Counted from the stretch's first letter, positions 1 through 9,684 are shown. The stretch: 64,000 nt of DNA from an uncultured virus (IMG/VR IMGVR_UViG_3300032073_000001) (IMGVR_UViG_3300032073_000001); one strand, 5' to 3'. The notes: generated from the letters alone by a model not told the origin. Numbers and translations are program-made.

Positions 1-11
1 TTAGAGATATT

Positions 12-494
12 TTATTTTTCTACAGCTGCCTGTTCTTTCACTTCAGGTGCTGTAACCGTTTTGATAAGATCTGGAAATGTATCTTGTACTAACTTAAGCG
101 TTACTCCTTTATATCTTCCAGTAAGTTTCTTATCTTTCATTGCCAATACTAGTTCCGCTTCATTTTTATGAAGAGATTCTAATACTTCAATGAACATACT
201 TTCACGTTTGACAGAAGTAAGCTTATCGCCTCTTCCGCCTTTCATGAAATATTTGCCAAACCTAGGTTGTAATTTATACAAATTGTTTGGTTCAAATCCT
301 TTTGGAGCGTCATCTTGCTTGTATGGTGGTTCACCTTTAGGTAAATTCCACTGTACAGAATCATCAAATCCGCCCTTTAAAATTGTGATTAGTGCAACCG
401 AATAGTTGTCTTTTAGATATTCTCTTCTAGCTTCTTGAGAATCGAGCTTAGCTGCTCCCTCAAGAATTTCTGAGATCATTTTCTTTTTAGCCAT
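12..494 (-). CDS. conserved T4-like phage hypothetical protein downstream of RNase H
   Basis: ORF track; start moved to MAKKK (494), coupled to the rnh stop. Confidence 0.7.
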   Translation of the reverse strand: MAKKKMISEILEGAAKLDSQEARREYLKDNYSVALITILKGGFDDSVQWNLPKGEPPYKQDDAPKGFEPNNLYKLQPRFGKYFMKGGRGDKLTSVKRESMFIEVLESLHKNEAELVLAMKDKKLTGRYKGVTLKLVQDTFPDLIKTVTAPEVKEQAAVEK

Positions 495-1341
495 TGTAAA
501 ATTCCTCCACTGATTCAATCAAATTATTACATCTGTTTTTAACTAAATAATTTAAAACCTTCATACGCATTGCTGGTTTTTGGTTGTTATAATTATCTAT
601 AATACTTTGAAACCTATCTGAAGGAATATCGTGCAAATCTATCAAAGTTTTATTTCTTTGAAAGTTTCTAAATTCTTCTGTGGTCATTACTTCGTCTAAT
701 TTATCGGCATTGTGTGCAAAATGTTCAATCTTCTTTGCTGTCATAGGAGATTGCCTAATTTCGTCCACAAAGGTATTATCACCAGATAATATATTAGGTA
801 TACCATCACCTTTATCTCCTTTTAATATATGTTCAAAGAGATATTTGCGTGGGTTTGGATCGGAAACCGCTTTCTTTTGTATTGGAGAAAACTGTTTTAC
901 GTTCGAATATCTTTGTAATTGTATAAAATCTTTATCAGAAGATATAATCATGATTGGTTCATTTTTACCAAACTCTTGTGAGTCTATTGTAAGTGCACCT
1001 ATAACATCATCTGCTTCACAACCTTCCATATGTACTACTTTATATGGAAAATGATTTGCTAAATCTTCTCTGATTTGATTTAATACTCTAAATATTTCAT
1101 TCCAATCTAAGTTGGATTCTGTTCTGTTTTTCTTTCGTGCAGCTTTATATTGTGGGAAATATTCTTTTCTCCACGTATTAAAACCATCTGTGCATATAAC
1201 CATTTGGCCATATTCATCACGATATTTTTTATTATACATACGAATACTGTTTAGTATCATATGTCGTATTAGCTCTTCGCTATCTACTTTTTGCACTATT
1301 ATATTACTTAGTGCTATTTGGCTATAATCAAGCAAAATCAT
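487..1341 (-). CDS. rnh: T4-type RNase H / 5'-3' flap exonuclease
   Basis: MILLDYSQI start; EADDVIG, SSDKDFIQL and GDKGDGIPNI motifs. Confidence 0.95.
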   Translation of the reverse strand: MILLDYSQIALSNIIVQKVDSEELIRHMILNSIRMYNKKYRDEYGQMVICTDGFNTWRKEYFPQYKAARKKNRTESNLDWNEIFRVLNQIREDLANHFPYKVVHMEGCEADDVIGALTIDSQEFGKNEPIMIISSDKDFIQLQRYSNVKQFSPIQKKAVSDPNPRKYLFEHILKGDKGDGIPNILSGDNTFVDEIRQSPMTAKKIEHFAHNADKLDEVMTTEEFRNFQRNKTLIDLHDIPSDRFQSIIDNYNNQKPAMRMKVLNYLVKNRCNNLIESVEEFYNG

Positions 1342-1726
1342 TTGGATCATCCTCAGGTTCGTTAAATATGTCAGAAAGATCTATATTTTTTTGATCAGCA
1401 TATTCGAGTACTTTTAATTTACCATACACCGTTGCCAAATCATCTTGTAATACATGATCAATCTCTGCAGATCTCATAAACGTTGCAACTAACATATTTA
1501 GTATAACATATAAGTCTTTATAAGTATCACTATCAGGATTTTGTATATCCATGTTATCTGATAAAGGACTCCAATCTTGTTGTTCGATTGTTTCTTGTAT
1601 AATATGCATTGCAAATCTAGCTAACTCAATTGAGTCTTCTTGTAGATTTTTTCGTTCCAATACTCGTTCTGTCATATTTTCAGACATACGATCTGGGAAT
1701 TGAATTATGTTACTTTTTTTCTGCAT
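1328..1726 (-). CDS. hypothetical protein
   Basis: ORF with own promoter at 1734-1762. Confidence 0.7.
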   Translation of the reverse strand: MQKKSNIIQFPDRMSENMTERVLERKNLQEDSIELARFAMHIIQETIEQQDWSPLSDNMDIQNPDSDTYKDLYVILNMLVATFMRSAEIDHVLQDDLATVYGKLKVLEYADQKNIDLSDIFNEPEDDPNDFA

Positions 1727-1733
1727 TTGGTAT

Positions 1734-1762
1734 ATTATACCATACTTTCTAATGTTTGTACA
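1734..1762 (-). promoter_or_regulatory. sigma70-like early/middle promoter
   Basis: TGTACA-17 nt-TATAAT with extended -10 TG. Confidence 0.8.
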
Positions 1763-1766
1763 TGCT

Positions 1767-2201
1767 TTATTTAATTAAATGCTTAACAGAATTAGACCCA
1801 ATACGACAATTGACAATACCATTATAATAATCATCTGATAATAATACGTCGTGTTCGAATTGAAGTTTTGTTTCCATGTATGCACACTCGCCCTTAGTCT
1901 TACAGAATACCAAAATTTCGCGATAGAAATTCTCAATACCCATTTTTTCCACGTCTTCCGTAAGGTGTCTACTAGACCCATAATAATCTCTCCAGTCAGA
2001 TTCTACTTTAAGTTTCTTTCTTCGTTTTCGTGTTTTTGTGATGGGAAGTGTTTTGGATTTCCAAAAGAACTTCTTTCCAATGTATTTCCTTTGATTCTGT
2101 AGGTTTGTTATCATGTATACAAAACCATACATTTCTTCTGGATTGAATAAGTCGTCTTGCGGCCTTTCCCATAATTTACCTTTATAATACCATTCGCTCA
2201 T
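1767..2201 (-). CDS. stand-alone GIY-YIG endonuclease (Seg/EndoII-like catalytic domain)
   Basis: GFVYMITN...KYIGKK, YYGSS, conserved E and YYN. Confidence 0.8.
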   Translation of the reverse strand: MSEWYYKGKLWERPQDDLFNPEEMYGFVYMITNLQNQRKYIGKKFFWKSKTLPITKTRKRRKKLKVESDWRDYYGSSRHLTEDVEKMGIENFYREILVFCKTKGECAYMETKLQFEHDVLLSDDYYNGIVNCRIGSNSVKHLIK

Positions 2202-2206
2202 ATATT

Positions 2207-2214
2207 TATTTATA
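2207..2214 (-). promoter_or_regulatory. T4-type late promoter
   Basis: TATAAATA 5 nt before ATG. Confidence 0.75.
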
Positions 2215-2218
2215 TGAG

Positions 2219-2686
2219 TTAATTGATTGCCTTTTTGATTGTAATTTCATCTCTTGCACATGCTATTTTAATAGAAGGTATATCTATTGACCACATTTTC
2301 TCTGCGGTTTCTTTCATTACAAGAATGTTTTTATAATTATTATTCCAAAAATCTCTAGGATCTACATTTGTTTTTTTAGATTCGTGCGGAACAACAGTTA
2401 AAAAAGGACCATTTTTATCTCGTTTAAGCTGTGTAACAAAACCTATATTTTTAGGTAAATACTTTTTAGGTAAATCAGATTCTATATACAAGCATTTAAA
2501 TTTAGAACATGTTTTTGGTCTATCATCATATATGGTACATCGATTATTATCAGCAAGCTTATTACATCTACCCCATTCATAATGAATATCTAAACTCTTT
2601 ATTACAATTTTATTTTCATCAAGGAATCCAAATGATTTGCAACAAGAATGACAATCTCCACATCTGTCAATTTGTTGCAAACTCAA
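2219..2686 (-). CDS. YkgJ-family CxxCxxCC cysteine-cluster protein
   Basis: CGDCHSCC and C-x-IYDDRPxxC-xx-F-x-C. Confidence 0.8.
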   Translation of the reverse strand: MSLQQIDRCGDCHSCCKSFGFLDENKIVIKSLDIHYEWGRCNKLADNNRCTIYDDRPKTCSKFKCLYIESDLPKKYLPKNIGFVTQLKRDKNGPFLTVVPHESKKTNVDPRDFWNNNYKNILVMKETAEKMWSIDIPSIKIACARDEITIKKAIN

Positions 2687-2856
2687 TCGTCATCATCCCT
2701 ATAGTAATCTATATCATCATTTATTTCATCAAAGTCAATATCTCTTTGTCCACAAAATGGACAATATGTTGGCGTTAATGGTTCATCTTCATCAGATTTA
2801 TATTCTATCGTACTTTGATTATAACAATAATCACACTCTATTATTTTAATGGACAT
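2683..2856 (-). CDS. 57-aa zinc-ribbon protein with acidic tail (not in ORF track)
   Basis: MSIKIIECDYC...YCPFCG...DDDD; start overlaps glutaredoxin stop (TAATG). Confidence 0.8.
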   Translation of the reverse strand: MSIKIIECDYCYNQSTIEYKSDEDEPLTPTYCPFCGQRDIDFDEINDDIDYYRDDDD

Positions 2857-3086
2857 TAGATTTTTTCAAATTCTACCCATCCTCCAATACCTTCTCCATC
2901 TATTGATATCTGAGGAAAAGTTCTTGCGGTTGGGAATTTTTCAAATAACTCTTCTCTTGAAAAATCTTCGTTTAGTTTATATACTGCAGTTTTAATTTTG
3001 GTATTTTCTTGCATCATAGCTTGAGCTTTGTGTACTGCTTTATCACAAAACGGACAATGATCTTTACTATAAATTTCTATATTCAT
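2856..3086 (-). CDS. nrdC: glutaredoxin
   Basis: CPFC active site, TFPQI, IGG; start MNIEIY. Confidence 0.93.
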   Translation of the reverse strand: MNIEIYSKDHCPFCDKAVHKAQAMMQENTKIKTAVYKLNEDFSREELFEKFPTARTFPQISIDGEGIGGWVEFEKI

Positions 3087-3202
3087 GTGAATAATCCTAT
3101 TAAGTACATTGATAATCCCATAAAAGCTAAAACACAAACTTGAATTACGGAAGCCCAAAAGACTTGCCTCATAGGATGTACTTTAGTTATTTCCTCTATC
3201 AC
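3083..3202 (-). CDS. 39-aa membrane peptide (not in ORF track)
   Basis: GTG start overlapping nrdB stop, stop overlapping glutaredoxin start, one hydrophobic helix. Confidence 0.6.
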   Translation of the reverse strand: MIEEITKVHPMRQVFWASVIQVCVLAFMGLSMYLIGLFT

Positions 3203-4269
3203 AATTCAAATTTAGATAAAGTGTCTGTATCAACGTCTTGTTTAACTCCGCCGGTAATGTATGATGTAATTTCTGTCTCTTGAGGAGCAACTTGTACATT
3301 TCCACCACCGATCCATTTTTCTGTCCAAGGCAATGGATTTTGTTGACTAACACTATAAGGACATTGCATTCCTAGTGCTCTCATACGTTTACAACCTATC
3401 CATTCAACATAATCACCTAATAGTTTTTCGTTTAAACCTATCATTGATCCATCTTGAAATAGATATTTTGCCCATTGTTTTTCTTGTTCGATAACATCTA
3501 CATATAATTTAACAGATTCATTTTCCATTTCTTTTGCAATCTTAACGAAATCTTTATCTTCTTGTTGCATTTTTTTAAGAATCGTAGTTGTTCCTGCAAG
3601 GTGAGTATTTTCATCTCTTGCAATAAACTTAATAATCTTTGCATTACCTTCCATTTTTTTAAGTTCAGCAAAAGCCCAACTGCATGCAAACGAAACATAA
3701 AAACGTACACCTTCTAATGCATTAGCGCTTAACATTGCCATCCATAATGCTTTCTTATGATCATGTACATTTGTAGGACCAGCATTTGCATCCATCAAAT
3801 CATCATAATATTGTGCTATATCTTTTCCGCAATCTAATATTTCTTTAATGTCTAACATACCGTCAAACACAACAGAAGGATCTGGATAAACATTACGAAT
3901 AATATGTGTATAAGATCGAGAGTGGATAGTTTCAAAGAATGACCATGTCTCAATCCAATTCTCTACTTCTGGTAAAGAAGCAATTGGTAAAAATGCCAAA
4001 TTCGGTGCTCTTCCTTGAACCGAGTCCAATAATATTTGCCTTTTAAGATTACTTGTAAAAATATGTTGTTCATGAGGACTTAAGCTCTCAAAGTCTTTTT
4101 TATCTTTAGAGATATCTACTTCTTCTGGTCTCCAAAAGAATCCTAATTGTTTTTCTGTAATTTTATCTAACTGTGGGTATTTCAAAATATCGAATCTTTG
4201 AATATCTACTTCTTCATCCAAAAACATGTTTTTGGTTAAATGTGATTTTTTATTCTTTTTTAGTATCAT
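3199..4269 (-). CDS. nrdB: class Ia ribonucleotide reductase beta subunit
   Basis: FFWRPEE, ETIHSRSY, EGVRFYVSF, DENTH, VAPQETE. Confidence 0.97.
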   Translation of the reverse strand: MILKKNKKSHLTKNMFLDEEVDIQRFDILKYPQLDKITEKQLGFFWRPEEVDISKDKKDFESLSPHEQHIFTSNLKRQILLDSVQGRAPNLAFLPIASLPEVENWIETWSFFETIHSRSYTHIIRNVYPDPSVVFDGMLDIKEILDCGKDIAQYYDDLMDANAGPTNVHDHKKALWMAMLSANALEGVRFYVSFACSWAFAELKKMEGNAKIIKFIARDENTHLAGTTTILKKMQQEDKDFVKIAKEMENESVKLYVDVIEQEKQWAKYLFQDGSMIGLNEKLLGDYVEWIGCKRMRALGMQCPYSVSQQNPLPWTEKWIGGGNVQVAPQETEITSYITGGVKQDVDTDTLSKFEL

Positions 4270-6569
4270 ATAATACAACTCTCGCAATCTTCATCGTCGT
4301 TAAGGGTTTGTTCCAATTCTGGAAGTTCTTCTATATGTTCTCCAGCACCATCATATGTGTTAAAGTAATATAGTTGTTTAAGTCCGAACTTATAAGCAGT
4401 TAACAAATCACCAATCATAACTGACATTGGCAATTTATTTTCTTCATAATGTTCGGGATTGTACGAAGTATTAACACTAATTCCTTGGTCAATATACTTC
4501 TGTAAAATAGCACATATTTTTAAGTAACCTTCTGGTGATTTTTGGTCCCAAAGAAGATCATATTTATTTTTCAGTTGAACAATGCCTGGAACGACTTGAG
4601 CCATAACTCCGTCCTTTGATTGTTTGTATGATACTAAAGCTCGTGGAGGTTCAATACCATTTGTACTATTACTAATTTGTGCAGATGTTTCCGCAGGCAT
4701 TAATGCCATTAGAGTTGAGTTTCGAATACCAGTTTCTTTGAGTTGATCTCTTAAATCGTCCCATGGCATACGCTCTTTTGACTCCACTAAATTATCTACT
4801 GCACTCTTATATGTATCAATTGGAAGAATCCCGCGGGCATATTTTGTCTCTTTATTTTTACTACATGGAGCTTTTTCTTTAGCCAAATCTGCAGATGCTT
4901 TAATTAGATAATACGACCATGCTTCTGCATACTCGTCTACAGTTTCAAATGCAGATTCATCATACTTAAGACCTCTTTTCGCAAGGAAATATGCAAGATT
5001 AATAATTCCTACACCTAAAGGTCTACGATTCATAGTTCCATGATATGCAGCTTTTACAGGATAATCTTGATATTGTAATAAGTTATCTAATGCTCTTACT
5101 GCAAGAGTACAATATTTCTCAAAATCTTTTGGATCATTAATTAATCCCCAGTTAATAGCACTTAATGTACACAATGATATTTCTCCGTTTGGATCATCAT
5201 GTGATTCTAATGGAGTTGTTGGTAAATCAATTTCACAACATAAATTTGACATTTTAATTGGTGCTTCAGATTCAATAAATGCTCCATGATCATTTGCATG
5301 ATCAACATTCATTGCATAAATTCTACCGGTATCTTTTCTTTCAGTAATAAAAGCTTGAAATACTTCAAGTGCTGGTAATGTTTTCTTTCTTATCGAATAT
5401 GCTCTTTCATATTTTTCATAGAGCTTTTTAAATTCTCTTTGATCATTAAAGAATGCATCGTATAAACCTGGAACATCATTTGGATCAAAGAAAGTAATGT
5501 TACCACCTTCGAGTAAACGTTCATACATCAATTTATTAAATTGAAATGCATAATCCATATGTCTTACACGAGTTTCATCAACACCTTTATTGTTTTTTAA
5601 TACAACAAGATCTTCAAATTCATAATGCCATAATGGTAGATACACTGTTGCAGCTCCACCTCTTACTCCGCCTTGTGAGCATGATTTTACTGCAGCTTGG
5701 AAATATTTTAAGAATGGAATTAATCCAGTATGTACTACTGAACCGTCTCCTATTCGAGCTCCTATTCCTCTGATTCCTCCAGCTCCAATGCCAATACCTG
5801 CTTTTTTGCTTATATATTTGACAATAGAAGTTGAAGTAGCGTTAATAGAATCGAGACTGTCGCCGGATTCAATAAGAACACAACTACTGAACTGTCGAGT
5901 TGGGGTCCTGACACCAGCCATAATTGGAGTCGGTAATGATATGTAAAATTGTGAGATTGCGTCATAAAATTCTTTTACCCATTTCATTCTGTCCCAATTA
6001 ATACCATTTTCTGATGTATTGGGAGTATTTTCAAATAATGTTAATGCTATCATCATATATAGCATTTGTGGTGTTTCGTATACTTCACCTGTAGATCGAT
6101 CTTGAACTAAATATTTACCTCTGAATTGTTCCATTCCTGCATAAGTAAAGGTAAAATCTCTGTCATGTTTTATATATCCATTGGCAACTTTTAGTTCTTC
6201 TTTTGTGTATCTTAGTAATACTTGTTCATCATATACTTTATTTTCGATATTAATATTAATAAGATCTTGTAAGCAACATGGATCATATCCTCCATAAACT
6301 TCCTTTCGAATTTTATAGTTGATTAATCTTGCTGCTACAAACTGATAATTTGGGGTATGTTCTGATATTAATTCTGATGCAGATTTAATAAGTAGCTCAT
6401 GCATATCATAAGCTGGAATTTTATCATATAATTGTATATTAGATTTTAATTCTATTTCGGATATAGAAACGCCTGTCAATCCATCAGTGGCCCATTCTAA
6501 AACTTTATGTATTTTGTCGAGATCAAATTCTTGTAAACTGCCATCTCGTTTCGTGACATTTATTTGCAT
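4266..6569 (-). CDS. nrdA: class Ia ribonucleotide reductase alpha subunit with ATP cone
   Basis: VTKRDG ATP cone, FSSCVL, SNLCCEI, C-terminal CESC. Confidence 0.97.
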   Translation of the reverse strand: MQINVTKRDGSLQEFDLDKIHKVLEWATDGLTGVSISEIELKSNIQLYDKIPAYDMHELLIKSASELISEHTPNYQFVAARLINYKIRKEVYGGYDPCCLQDLININIENKVYDEQVLLRYTKEELKVANGYIKHDRDFTFTYAGMEQFRGKYLVQDRSTGEVYETPQMLYMMIALTLFENTPNTSENGINWDRMKWVKEFYDAISQFYISLPTPIMAGVRTPTRQFSSCVLIESGDSLDSINATSTSIVKYISKKAGIGIGAGGIRGIGARIGDGSVVHTGLIPFLKYFQAAVKSCSQGGVRGGAATVYLPLWHYEFEDLVVLKNNKGVDETRVRHMDYAFQFNKLMYERLLEGGNITFFDPNDVPGLYDAFFNDQREFKKLYEKYERAYSIRKKTLPALEVFQAFITERKDTGRIYAMNVDHANDHGAFIESEAPIKMSNLCCEIDLPTTPLESHDDPNGEISLCTLSAINWGLINDPKDFEKYCTLAVRALDNLLQYQDYPVKAAYHGTMNRRPLGVGIINLAYFLAKRGLKYDESAFETVDEYAEAWSYYLIKASADLAKEKAPCSKNKETKYARGILPIDTYKSAVDNLVESKERMPWDDLRDQLKETGIRNSTLMALMPAETSAQISNSTNGIEPPRALVSYKQSKDGVMAQVVPGIVQLKNKYDLLWDQKSPEGYLKICAILQKYIDQGISVNTSYNPEHYEENKLPMSVMIGDLLTAYKFGLKQLYYFNTYDGAGEHIEELPELEQTLNDDEDCESCII

Positions 6570-6597
6570 TATTTATTCCAATCATTATATAAGGTCC

Positions 6598-6626
6598 ATT
6601 ATACCACAATTGTGGATAAATGTACA
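6598..6626 (-). promoter_or_regulatory. sigma70-like promoter of nrdAB; spacer contains TTATCCACA
   Basis: TGTACA-17 nt-TATAAT. Confidence 0.8.
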
Positions 6627-6629
6627 TGC

Positions 6630-6947
6630 TTATTTTATTTTCTTTTCTAATTTATCTATCCTTTTTATTAGTTCATCGTATCCATCAAAGGCCTCTAATC
6701 CACATTTTGGATGAGCCAATTTTTCTACTTTGTCTAATCTGTCGGCTTGTAAAGGATATAGGCTTCTAAATTTAGAATCCTTTTTAGCTACTTCAATATC
6801 ATATTTTTCAGCAAAATGTTCCATGAATTGATCAACCTTTTTTTGAAACCAAATACCGATTTTAGTATCTTGGAACCAAACATAAAAGGTACTACCAATC
6901 ACTGAGGAAAGTATAGATTTAAGCGCTAATATAGTTAACCAATACAT
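6630..6947 (-). CDS. hypothetical protein with hydrophobic N-terminus
   Basis: ORF coupled to lipase stop. Confidence 0.65.
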   Translation of the reverse strand: MYWLTILALKSILSSVIGSTFYVWFQDTKIGIWFQKKVDQFMEHFAEKYDIEVAKKDSKFRSLYPLQADRLDKVEKLAHPKCGLEAFDGYDELIKRIDKLEKKIK

Positions 6948-7705
6948 TACTGCTCTTTCGAAGCTTTAGTAATTGCTTTAACATAATTTGGCATTCCATG
7001 ATCTACTATACCATCAAAGAATTTAAATCTTTTCCATGAGTTTAGTATACCATAAAATAAATCGCCCCATGTGGGTTTAGCTTGTTGATTACCATCTTTA
7101 TTAAAATAGATCATTTCCCCATGGTGTCTAAATCCTAACCATGCAGGTGGGATTCTACAGACGATATCGTTGTTGTTCATAAATCTAAGGTGTGGACAAT
7201 TAATATTCCTAATGAATTTAGGTCCACCTACTCTTGGAGATCCAAAAGTAAATAATTCTACAGGTTCGTATCGAGTTGCGGCGATTGTTGCCATTGCAGC
7301 TCCTAAAGAATGACCTGTCATATACACATCTTTTTTAACTTTTAATTGTGCATTGTGTTCTAATTCTTTTAAAATGTCCATCCATAAATCATTCACTTCT
7401 TCTTGGAATCCAGAATGAACTTTTCCACCTGCTACAGCTGCTTGCTTTGCAAGTTTAAGATCGGCCATAACATCATTTAATTTTGAAGGTTCAGTACCTC
7501 TAAATGCAAACCAAAGATCATTACGATCTTTAGCTATTAATACTTCTGCTCCACCTTTGGAGATTAATTGTACCCAAGCAAAACCTAACTTTTTAGCTGC
7601 AGTTATTGCAGGTTTTTCGTTTTTATATGCAATTGCTGACAATTTAGCTGCAATTAAAGCCCTCTCCATTTGAGATCTGTCATCTTTCATTCTAGTTGTT
7701 TTCAT
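6947..7705 (-). CDS. class 3 lipase (alpha/beta hydrolase)
   Basis: AFRGT, VHSGF, GHSLG nucleophile elbow, TFGSPRVG, NNNDIV, DH. Confidence 0.9.
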   Translation of the reverse strand: MKTTRMKDDRSQMERALIAAKLSAIAYKNEKPAITAAKKLGFAWVQLISKGGAEVLIAKDRNDLWFAFRGTEPSKLNDVMADLKLAKQAAVAGGKVHSGFQEEVNDLWMDILKELEHNAQLKVKKDVYMTGHSLGAAMATIAATRYEPVELFTFGSPRVGGPKFIRNINCPHLRFMNNNDIVCRIPPAWLGFRHHGEMIYFNKDGNQQAKPTWGDLFYGILNSWKRFKFFDGIVDHGMPNYVKAITKASKEQ

Positions 7706-8237
7706 TTTTATTCACCTTAATTCCAACTGCTGCGCCTTTTTGGCCGTCAGTCATTGTTACGTCACGATAGTATATTACTACTTCGCCTAATTGTTTGATA
7801 TACCTTTTAAGTTCTTGCATATCTTCTGCCATTACTTTATAATCACCAATCGTAGTAGCAACGAAAACAATCTCTCCGTTATTTTGTTCTTTCATTTCAT
7901 CTAGAAATCTATCTAAATACGTATATCCATCTGGCCAATCAGGATTTTCTGTATCTTCTTTTGCACATGTTTTAGGTCTTTTTAGTTTCTCTACACCCTT
8001 TTCGTCAAACTTCTTAGGCTCAAAGGAAATTGTAGCTACACATGGATTTGCTATTTTAGCTTCTGATACTACGTACCATTTTGGTGCTGTTAAGTCAACT
8101 GCTCTAGGTAGAGCGGGTTGCATTATTTCTATTTCAATAGGCTTTGATATGATCTCAACCTTTTTACTTGGTATTAGCGAACAACCACTAGTTATCGCTA
8201 TTAGGAGTGTCAATACTGTAAAGTTTCTCAGTGTCAT
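7692..8237 (-). CDS. outer-membrane lipoprotein, probable o-spanin (Rz1-like)
   Basis: signal peptide with lipobox ITSGC, Pro-rich, overlaps i-spanin 3' end. Confidence 0.7.
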   Translation of the reverse strand: MTLRNFTVLTLLIAITSGCSLIPSKKVEIISKPIEIEIMQPALPRAVDLTAPKWYVVSEAKIANPCVATISFEPKKFDEKGVEKLKRPKTCAKEDTENPDWPDGYTYLDRFLDEMKEQNNGEIVFVATTIGDYKVMAEDMQELKRYIKQLGEVVIYYRDVTMTDGQKGAAVGIKVNKNENN

Positions 8238-8571
8238 CCTCTAATCCCTCCATCACTAGTTGACTAGCATTATTAAACCTGTTTTGAATAAGACCAGGTT
8301 TTTTAATGGCCAACATATCTAAATTATGTCTAGCAAATATGGCCAAATACTCGGCTTTTTCTGCTTCTATTTCTGCATTTTTTCGAGACATATTCTGCAA
8401 GGCTTGCCCTTGTTTCTCGAAAGATTCTTTCATTGCATTGAATGCAGCTTTCTGCTCTTCAACTGCACCTTCTAGCGCTAGGTTATTTGCAGCTAGTGTT
8501 TGGTTTTCGTTGTATAACCAATAACCGCCTAAACCTAAAACTAATATAATTCCTATCAATATTTGTTGCAT
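8188..8571 (-). CDS. probable i-spanin (Rz-like)
   Basis: N-terminal TM followed by coiled coil; paired with lipoprotein. Confidence 0.7.
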   Translation of the reverse strand: MQQILIGIILVLGLGGYWLYNENQTLAANNLALEGAVEEQKAAFNAMKESFEKQGQALQNMSRKNAEIEAEKAEYLAIFARHNLDMLAIKKPGLIQNRFNNASQLVMEGLEDDTEKLYSIDTPNSDN

Positions 8572-8837
8572 TAGTCTATAGTCTCCGTCATATAATCCAT
8601 GGGTGTTGCAGTTTTAAGTTCAACAACATGGCCTTCCATTGTTTTAAATTTCATATGCTTTTGAGTTTGCTTATAAAATTTACGTACTTCAAATTTCTTT
8701 TCAAGTACGTCTATGATCTCACCTTCAGAATTATATTGATTATGAGATACATAAAGATATTGGTGGTTTTCGAACCAACTTAATATCCATCGCCAAAATT
8801 TAACGATTAGATCTTTAACATTACGAAAGAATTGCAT
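8571..8837 (-). CDS. hypothetical protein
   Basis: ORF coupled on both sides. Confidence 0.65.
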   Translation of the reverse strand: MQFFRNVKDLIVKFWRWILSWFENHQYLYVSHNQYNSEGEIIDVLEKKFEVRKFYKQTQKHMKFKTMEGHVVELKTATPMDYMTETID

Positions 8838-9082
8838 TACTCTTTCTGAGCTGCAGCAGCTTTCTTTGCTTCTCTTGCAGCTTTTCTTAAGTTCATTCTT
8901 TCAACAAACTTTCTTCCCGCTCGAGTTCTACCGTCGTATTGTGGCTTTAATCTTTTCTTTTGGGCTTTTTTACCCATTGCATCTGCTGGCATAGAAACTC
9001 CGCCAGAGGCTACTGAATTGGCAGCAGCATCCTCTTGACAGTGGGCTGCTAATTCCCATTTTTTAAACGTTTCTATTTTCAT
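8837..9082 (-). CDS. hypothetical protein, CTS-like N-terminus
   Basis: MKIETFKKW...QE; YDGRT motif. Confidence 0.65.
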   Translation of the reverse strand: MKIETFKKWELAAHCQEDAAANSVASGGVSMPADAMGKKAQKKRLKPQYDGRTRAGRKFVERMNLRKAAREAKKAAAAQKE

Positions 9083-9684
9083 CTTTTTATGTCTCCAATA
9101 GATATATATAATTTTTGCTTTGTTAATGTATGTGTAACCTCGTATATAGGTGTTGCAAATACAAATCCAGAAGGTTCAATAAACTCTTCTGCTACAACTT
9201 GTGTTCCTGCTGTTCCAATAAATTCAGCAGTTTTTGGATGCATAATATCATTAATTAATGTATATGCACCTGGACTTAATCTACCTTGTGATTGAATCCA
9301 TGAATCTGTGTTTTCTTTTAGGTTATCAAAATCAAAATCAACTACACTATCCATAGCTTCTTCAAGCTCTTTATCAGTTAATTTTGCATGTTCTTTTAAA
9401 AGAAATAACGCCGTGGCCCAAGAAGCTAATGCCGATTTTCCGAATGGTATTTTTTGTACCAATCTTTTGATATTAAAAACTAATCTATGAAAATAAGTAT
9501 ATGATGCTTTTTCTGCGGTTGTTTCAGGTTTTTTTAAAACTTTTCCGCTATTATCTAGAATGCCTAATTTATAAGCTTGAGTCTTTTCCCATTTTGTAAC
9601 TAACAAACGTACGAAACGAAAAGCATAAACAGTATCGGCTGCTCTGCTTAAAACTCCTTCATTTACGATATATTCTGTTCTCAT
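9079..9684 (-). CDS. conserved T4-like hypothetical protein
   Basis: AYKLGILD..G, YFHRLVFNIKR. Confidence 0.7.
   Translation of the reverse strand: MRTEYIVNEGVLSRAADTVYAFRFVRLLVTKWEKTQAYKLGILDNSGKVLKKPETTAEKASYTYFHRLVFNIKRLVQKIPFGKSALASWATALFLLKEHAKLTDKELEEAMDSVVDFDFDNLKENTDSWIQSQGRLSPGAYTLINDIMHPKTAEFIGTAGTQVVAEEFIEPSGFVFATPIYEVTHTLTKQKLYISIGDIKR

Noticed and set aside
3199..6569. Introns or inteins in nrdA/nrdB (also considered for genes 43, 41, 17)
   Set aside because: ORFs are continuous and of normal length
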